A stretch of 58,514 bases of DNA, the filler included, from Sluysia triapertura (lineage: Eukaryota): assembly GCA_046118255.1 (NCBI GenBank). It is 4 parts of 4 records of this genome, joined end to end, with 100 filler letters (N's around TTAATTAATTAA, not from the genome) between each part and the next. Parts side by side here need not be neighbours in the genome. Positions count along the whole stretch, not along the records: positions 45,647 to 58,514 come from JBJNIA010066180.1; 3 more parts are not named here. One strand, 5' to 3'. The position numbers and the translations under genes were made by a program. Under the pieces are notes generated by a model. That model saw only the letters and a program-made list of their open reading frames with translations, made no database searches and was not told the DNA's origin. Positions 52,560-58,514 of the stretch are shown here, piece after piece; the first letter of the stretch is position 1, and every line of letters starts with the position of its first letter.

Positions 52560-52877
52560 GTTCCCGCCGTTATAAGAAACTATTTGTTCTACAAAGACTC
52601 TGATGTTTAGCGAAGTGTTACATGCCCCTAGAACCGTCAAATCGACAAAAAAATCTCATTTTCGACACCTCCTTTTATCGAGGTCAAAAAACAAGTGAAG
52701 ATATTTGTGCCATGTGTGGAGAGATTCATTTGCGAGGTTCAAACACGGCGTTCCTCGGTCCGGAAGACCAATCGAGATGGACGAGGACCTTTTGAATTGG
52801 GCGAAAAGATAAATTGAGATTTTGCGACAATTTCTTTGACTTCTTTTTGAAAATAAATGCTTAAAAACGGCGGGAAC
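52560..52877. mobile_element. MITE (~318 bp) with TIRs, in an unc-13 intron
   Basis: gttcccgccgttataagaaactatt ... aataaatgcttaaaaacggcgggaac: 12-bp perfect TIR extending imperfectly to ~30 bp. Confidence 0.8.
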
Positions 52878-53048
52878 TTATTCAACAACCCAATAGTATA
52901 ATTATTTAATAATAATAACTTCACATTTTAAATTGTATCTATTTCTCTCTATAAACATTACATCAACTTTTTGGTGTTAGTTTTTATTTAAAAATTGTTT
53001 ATCTGTTGTTGTTGTTTGTTTTATTATATTCACTATTCATTAGTTTAG

Positions 53049-53198
<150 letters not shown>

Positions 53199-53309
53199 TA
53201 AATAATATTTATTTATAAACCATTAAAAAAGAAAGAATTATGTATAGTAATTAATTTAATTTACATGCTTAATTTATTTATTGTAATTGTTGCGTCTTTA
53301 TACTTAACA

Positions 53310-54460
53310 ATAATAACAAATCAATATCAGATAATTTACTTAATAAAATCTCAATAATTTCGTTAATCATTAAATCCAATATAAAATTATCAACAATTTT
53401 CTTATTTTGATGATAATATCTATTCAATCCAAAGATTAAGTTCTTAAATCAAATTAATAACAATAACTCAATAGTTTGATGATTAAAAAAATCAAATACA
53501 AATTATTATTATAAATCTAAAAATGACTAAAATGACAAGTTTAACAATATTAAGAACACAACAATCTATCTAAAGAAACCAGGAGTGACGCAAGTAACAC
53601 TAAAAATATCAATATCTAGATAGTTTAAAATAATGATAATGCTTAAATATTTTCAGATAATCATAACCTAACTTAATAACGGTTTAATATTATAAAATAA
53701 TTTAGGCAGGGATCCACCCAAAAATTAAATTTCCTATAAAAAGGTAAAATAAAAATGATGTATTTAAAATATTTCAAAGTAATATTATTTTATCTGATTA
53801 GCAAAAAGTTATAAAAATTTGGGCAGGGATCCTCCCAAAAATCAAATTTATCAATATCTAAAATAGTTAAAATTAAAATAATAATTAAATATATAGCTGA
53901 AAATATTTCAAAATAATACTAATCCCCCCAATAAATATCATTTTTATTTATCAATAACTTAAAAACTATTATAATTTATTATTATTATAAAAATTACTAT
54001 TATAAGGTTAGCTAAATATTTCTCCCAGAGAAAATTATTTAATAACAAAAGATTTACCAAAATCATTGATCTTCATAACATTTTTCCGTTAGCTGACTGT
54101 GTGATTATGCGATTGTGATCTGCGATTGTGATCTGAAATTGTTAAAATTTTCATTTTACTCTCATCATCCAATCATTCGTAAGTCTCACAACCAACCACT
54201 CTATCATACAAATCATCAAAACCTTTTTGAGAATCAGACCCACAATAACAACTTTGATAATTACATGGTATTAACACCTTATATAGGTCTTTGGAATTCC
54301 AAAGTATTCTTCAGCTCTCAAGGCAACTATAATTATTTTCATCTTTATCATTCCTACTCCAACAATACTTTATTTTGTATTGATTCTTCATATATTTGTA
54401 ATTTCATGTGTCTCCCATTTATTTTCTGTTCTACTGTTGGGCAATCCCAACATAATAATT
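53310..54460 (-). repeat. Long dispersed repeat family, copy C (in an unc-13 intron), with internal ~120-bp tandem units
   Basis: Matches 23110-23860 and 24700-24850; the unit ggcagggatcc(a/t)cccaaaaat is repeated at ~53705 and ~53822. Confidence 0.8.
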
Positions 54461-55608
54461 TATTAAAAGTTTGTTTTGTATCTTTAGCAAATTTGTGAAT
54501 AAAATGTAATGTTCAAATGAACTTCAAAAACAATTATAATTATCAATCTATATTCCGCTTTATTCAATATTTCAATAATATTTTTCATTGATATTATACT
54601 GTAACCAATCAATTCTTAGAATTTATTCTATAATTAATTTCAAATATATGACTCATTTCTTTCGATAGTTACAATTATATAAGTTATTTTAATGTATGAA
54701 TTAGTATAATACATATTATTATTATTTAATTTTCACCTATAATTTTGATTTGGTCATACTTTTATTTATTTAAACACACATTTTCTTTTTTTCTAATTAC
54801 GTCTGGAAACCTAAAATCATGCAAAATTTATTAAGAAATATTGAGAAAGAAAACCAAAACCAAGGTAAAACTGGTTTTTCAATGATTTTATTATTAAGTA
54901 CTAATCGTATTATATTCTAATATTTTCGAGCAATATTTTGCTCCTAGATTCATTTTCCCATTGAAATTCGATGATATTCTTTCCACAACTATCGAAAAAT
55001 CGAAGAAATAGTCGTGTACTGAGTATTGTACACTTATTTCTTTCTATTTTTAGTTTCAGTTAAAATTAAAATTAACTATTTAATTATTAAGAAATATTAA
55101 AATTTATTAAACAATTTTCTAAATATAAATTTTTCTTAATTTATTATATATTACAACAAAGGTTCAATATGTTATCAATGATAGATAACAAGGAGAAAAA
55201 TTACCACACAGAAAATTGTGCACAGTGATTTATGTATAACATTATTTTAATTATTAAATATTTGATTAATTAATTAATCAATTATTTATTTTAAATAAGG
55301 TAGTAATATTCTCTCAGTAGCGCCATAATTTCAATCTTTGTTATACTCAGTTACTAATAGAGCAATATTAATAAATTTCATTTAAAACTTTATTTTTATT
55401 GGATTAAAAGAGTACATACATATTAATAATTAAAATGAGTAATTCATCATGTGTGTATTTTTTACATGATCAAATTTCAATGAATATATATTATTGTATG
55501 TTAATTTTTATATGGGCACTTTTCAGTGTGTATTTCTGGAGTAGTTATGCCTACACAATATTACCAATAAAATATGAATTAAAGATTTAAGCTATAATTT
55601 AATTTCAG

Positions 55609-55683
55609 AATATATTTCATTTTTTGTGTGAAAAATATATTTCGGAATCTAAAAGCGAAGTTAAAATTCCAATAACAAAAGGA
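55609..55683 (+). CDS. unc-13: unc-13 exon (75 nt)
   Basis: aatttcag|NIFHFLCEKYISESKSEVKIPITKG|gttagt matches Munc13 NLFHF....VVKIPDAKG; phase 0 joins the previous exon. Confidence 0.85.
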
Positions 55684-55829
55684 GTTAGTTATAATAATTA
55701 CTATTATTATCATTATTATTACGAAATATCAAAGAAAATGTATGACCAATTTCTCTAAATGATATTACTTGGCTGTATTAAAAATGAGTGTAATGTAATA
55801 TTTCTAAATTCATTATTTAGAAGTATTTC

Positions 55830-56200
55830 AAGCATGTCCAACGAAACTGATAAAGATATGTTCTCATTCATTTCATCAACTTCTTCATTAACAGAGTCAT
55901 CTTTTGTGGTGTCTTACCATATTATGTCTAGTGTTCCTTCCATGGTGTTTGAAATTGTATATTTCTTAAAAGACCTTGCAACGATTTCTTTATCGAGTTC
56001 TTTCCATTTTTCAAAGAGTTCCACTTTCTTCGAAGGCATCCTTCATTCAATTTCTTATACTGTTGAAATATTGAAGGCTTTCTTTCTGGAATAACTGCCA
56101 GGTCTGTCCTTTAATACTTTCTTGTTTGTGGATGTTTCCTTCCATCTGTTCATCCAATCATTCATTATCTTATCATCAAACCTATCTTTTTAGTGTACTA
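55830..56200 (-). mobile_element. pogo/Tc2-family transposase C-terminal remnant
   Basis: WKELDKEIVARSFKKYTISNTMEGTLDIIW followed by an acidic tail matches pogo-type W..I..E.I.KSFKKCGISNALDGSEDD..W. Confidence 0.75.
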
Positions 56201-56494
56201 GATCCTTTAGTTGTAAACATTTCTCATTTGAGACAACTCGTATCCATGTTTTTAACGAAGTTAAATCGTGCACTTCAGAATCTTTATCAAATTGTTTTTT
56301 GAACTTATGGCAAGCGAGACGCGTATAAAAAGCTCCGAGATCAAGTGAAAGCAGTTTTAGACCGACGATATTAATTATATTAATAATATTATATTTTTGT
56401 AATTTATTTAATGTCAAAATTATATCAATTATACTGTATTTTGCAATTTTTGAATTTTGCCATTTTCATTTCATAGACCTCCAATTTTTTTCGC

Positions 56495-56540
56495 CCACGT
56501 AGACCACGTGCAGATTTTCATCGACCCCTGGAAATCACTG
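56495..56540 (-). mobile_element. hAT-like terminus
   Basis: cccctggaaatcactg|gtgtaaag (CAGTG end with the same ctttacac flank as at 17613). Confidence 0.35.
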
Positions 56541-56994
56541 GTGTAAAGACCTGAAGATTGCATTATTATGTTTGAATTACCAAATTTTATTTTTATTAAT
56601 AATTGAAACAACCTGTACTATTATTATTATTATTGTTATTATTATTATTATCATTATTATTATTACTATTATGAAAGTTTTAAAACATTTATAAATAATT
56701 GATTATTTTTTTATGGTTTTTGTTTTTCTGATGCTTAATAAAGCAATCTTTATTCATTTTCTTTTCATTTGTATCATCTTTTGAATAATAAACAAAATTG
56801 GAATTTCTTACAATGATAAATAATAAATAATCGATTTTGGTCTTTTGTTTTTTGTTTTGTTTTACTTCTTTTCATCGTTTATTTTTGTTGCATCAAAAAA
56901 TAATAAAATATTTTAATAAATGTTGTCTTAAAATGTAATAAGTTTGAATTTGTCATAAGTTTTGTCCACAGCTACTTTAATTTTTTGTAATATA

Positions 56995-57315
56995 TTAGGT
57001 TAGTGCATAAATTAGTGCGGTTTTATTTGTTGCAAAGAAAACACACCAACTTATTGTTTTAACTGAATTATTTATTTAAATCATTTTAGACTAACTTTCA
57101 TTTTCATTAGCTTCATTAAAATGAAGTTTTTTCTATTTTAATTATTCATCTTTCTGGTCTCACATTTGAAAACGAAGAAGCAATAACAACGTTGGAAAGA
57201 AGTGATCGATTGTGGCGGAGAATATCTCACCGATTAGATATTTGTTTTTTCTAATGATTTAATAAATTCATTTTGTTATCTGGAATTTATTGCATGTTAT
57301 TCACGAACCCATTAA
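56995..57315 (+). mobile_element. mariner-family deleted element
   Basis: TA|ttaggttagtgcataaattagtgcggtttt resembles Hsmar1/MADE1-type ITRs; QRWKEVIDCGGEYLTD* (57187-57237) is a mariner transposase C-terminus. Confidence 0.7.
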
Positions 57316-58514
57316 AAACATACTGAGTTGACGTTTTGAAACTTTTTTATTGTAATTTTATGAATATCCTGCACAATTTAACATCGTTTTCTATTCATAA
57401 AACGTGAATTTTTAATTATTATTTTCAATTTTAATTTTGCGTTAGTTTTGATTGGTAGCAATGTCATTTACCCAGAAAAACATTTAAACACATTATCATC
57501 AACAACATTCACAGGAAGTTGTTTTATTTGCTATAAATATTCTGTCACACACGAAGAAAAATAAAAAGCTAAAATCATGTCTAGTATGTGTATGGTTAAT
57601 GCAACAATTATGTTTGTCTTTTACATTCAAAGAAGAATATGTGCTTTTAAATATGCAATTTATTTTGTGTACGTAATTAACATTTTGTTCTATATTTTTC
57701 TCATATTAAATTAGAAGATCTTACATACATATAAAATAGAAGTTCTTCGATCATTCGAAATATTAAGCACTATTTCAGAAATAGTTTCGTACATTTGCCA
57801 TTGGAACAATCAAAATGAAGAAGTTCTAATTCTTCGACCAAGTTTTTCCAATATTTAACTTTGTTAACAAATCTCTTATCAATTTTCAACTATTATCTTT
57901 TTGTTCGTATTGATCACTAATTTCATTCGGTCTGTCGGCGTTGTCTTCATTAGAAGTCAAAGAAAATAGGGCTACCTATTGTTGAATATTTCTTTTCTCT
58001 ATAATCAACTTCATTCTTATTATCGCTAATCTTCCTTAACGAAATTATATTTCCTTAAGATACAAGACTAATACTAATNNNNNNNNNNNNNNNNNNNNNN
58101 NNNNNNNNNNNNNNNNNNNNNNNNNNNNNNNNNNNNNNNNNNNNNNNNNNNNNNNNNNNNNNNNNNNNNNNNNNNNNNNNNNNNNNNNNNNNNNNNNNNN
58201 NNNNNNNNNNNAATCATGAATAAAATATAATGTTTAGTTTATATTTTATTAATAATAAATGCCATAAATCGCAAATGATTCATTAATAAAAATTAAAAAA
58301 TTTAATAATAATAATAATTAATAAATTAATAACTGTAAGACAAATGTTTATTACAGCTCTATTATTTTTATACATTATTAATAATAATTATTATAAAAAT
58401 AATATTATAATGTCTTATTGTTTACATCTACTTGATTCATTTTATATGTGCGTAATTCTTAAGAGGTTTCTATATGTTTTCTGATTCTAATATTAGTACT
58501 TTGATTGGACAATT

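Noticed and set aside
55759-56094. 111-aa Ser-rich + strand ORF as an unc-13 exon
   Set aside because: It is the antisense frame of the pogo transposase remnant and has no Munc13 similarity.

Overview
This is very AT-rich animal genomic DNA (roughly 20-25% GC by eye), not prokaryotic. The window joins four scaffolds (1-13625, 13726-28947, 29048-45546, 45647-58514) with artificial 44N-TTAATTAATTAA-44N spacers, so adjacency across those junctions is not evidence of linkage. The only clearly intact host gene is part of unc-13 (Munc13) on the + strand: C2B-domain exons and the following exons, including two tandem copies of the same C2B exon that look like mutually exclusive exons. The rest is repeat-rich. 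(i) Nine copies of a ~125-160 bp element carry an internal tRNA-like Pol III unit but have integrase-type TGT...ACA ends and 4-bp target-site duplications, so they are not conventional SINEs. (ii) Three co-oriented strings of decayed fragments of unrelated host genes occur (IPO5+CARM1; UBR1/2+UFL1; ELAV+unc-13+RYK), two of them downstream of the same ~400-bp leader. (iii) There are multicopy CCCH zinc-finger ORFs and a 23-aa tryptophan-repeat ORF. (iv) Remnants of L2, Penelope-like, mariner, pogo/Tc2, piggyBac-like, hAT-like and Helitron-like elements are present, plus MITEs and simple repeats. All homology calls come from recognising motifs in manual translations; no database search was run and the species cannot be determined from the window.
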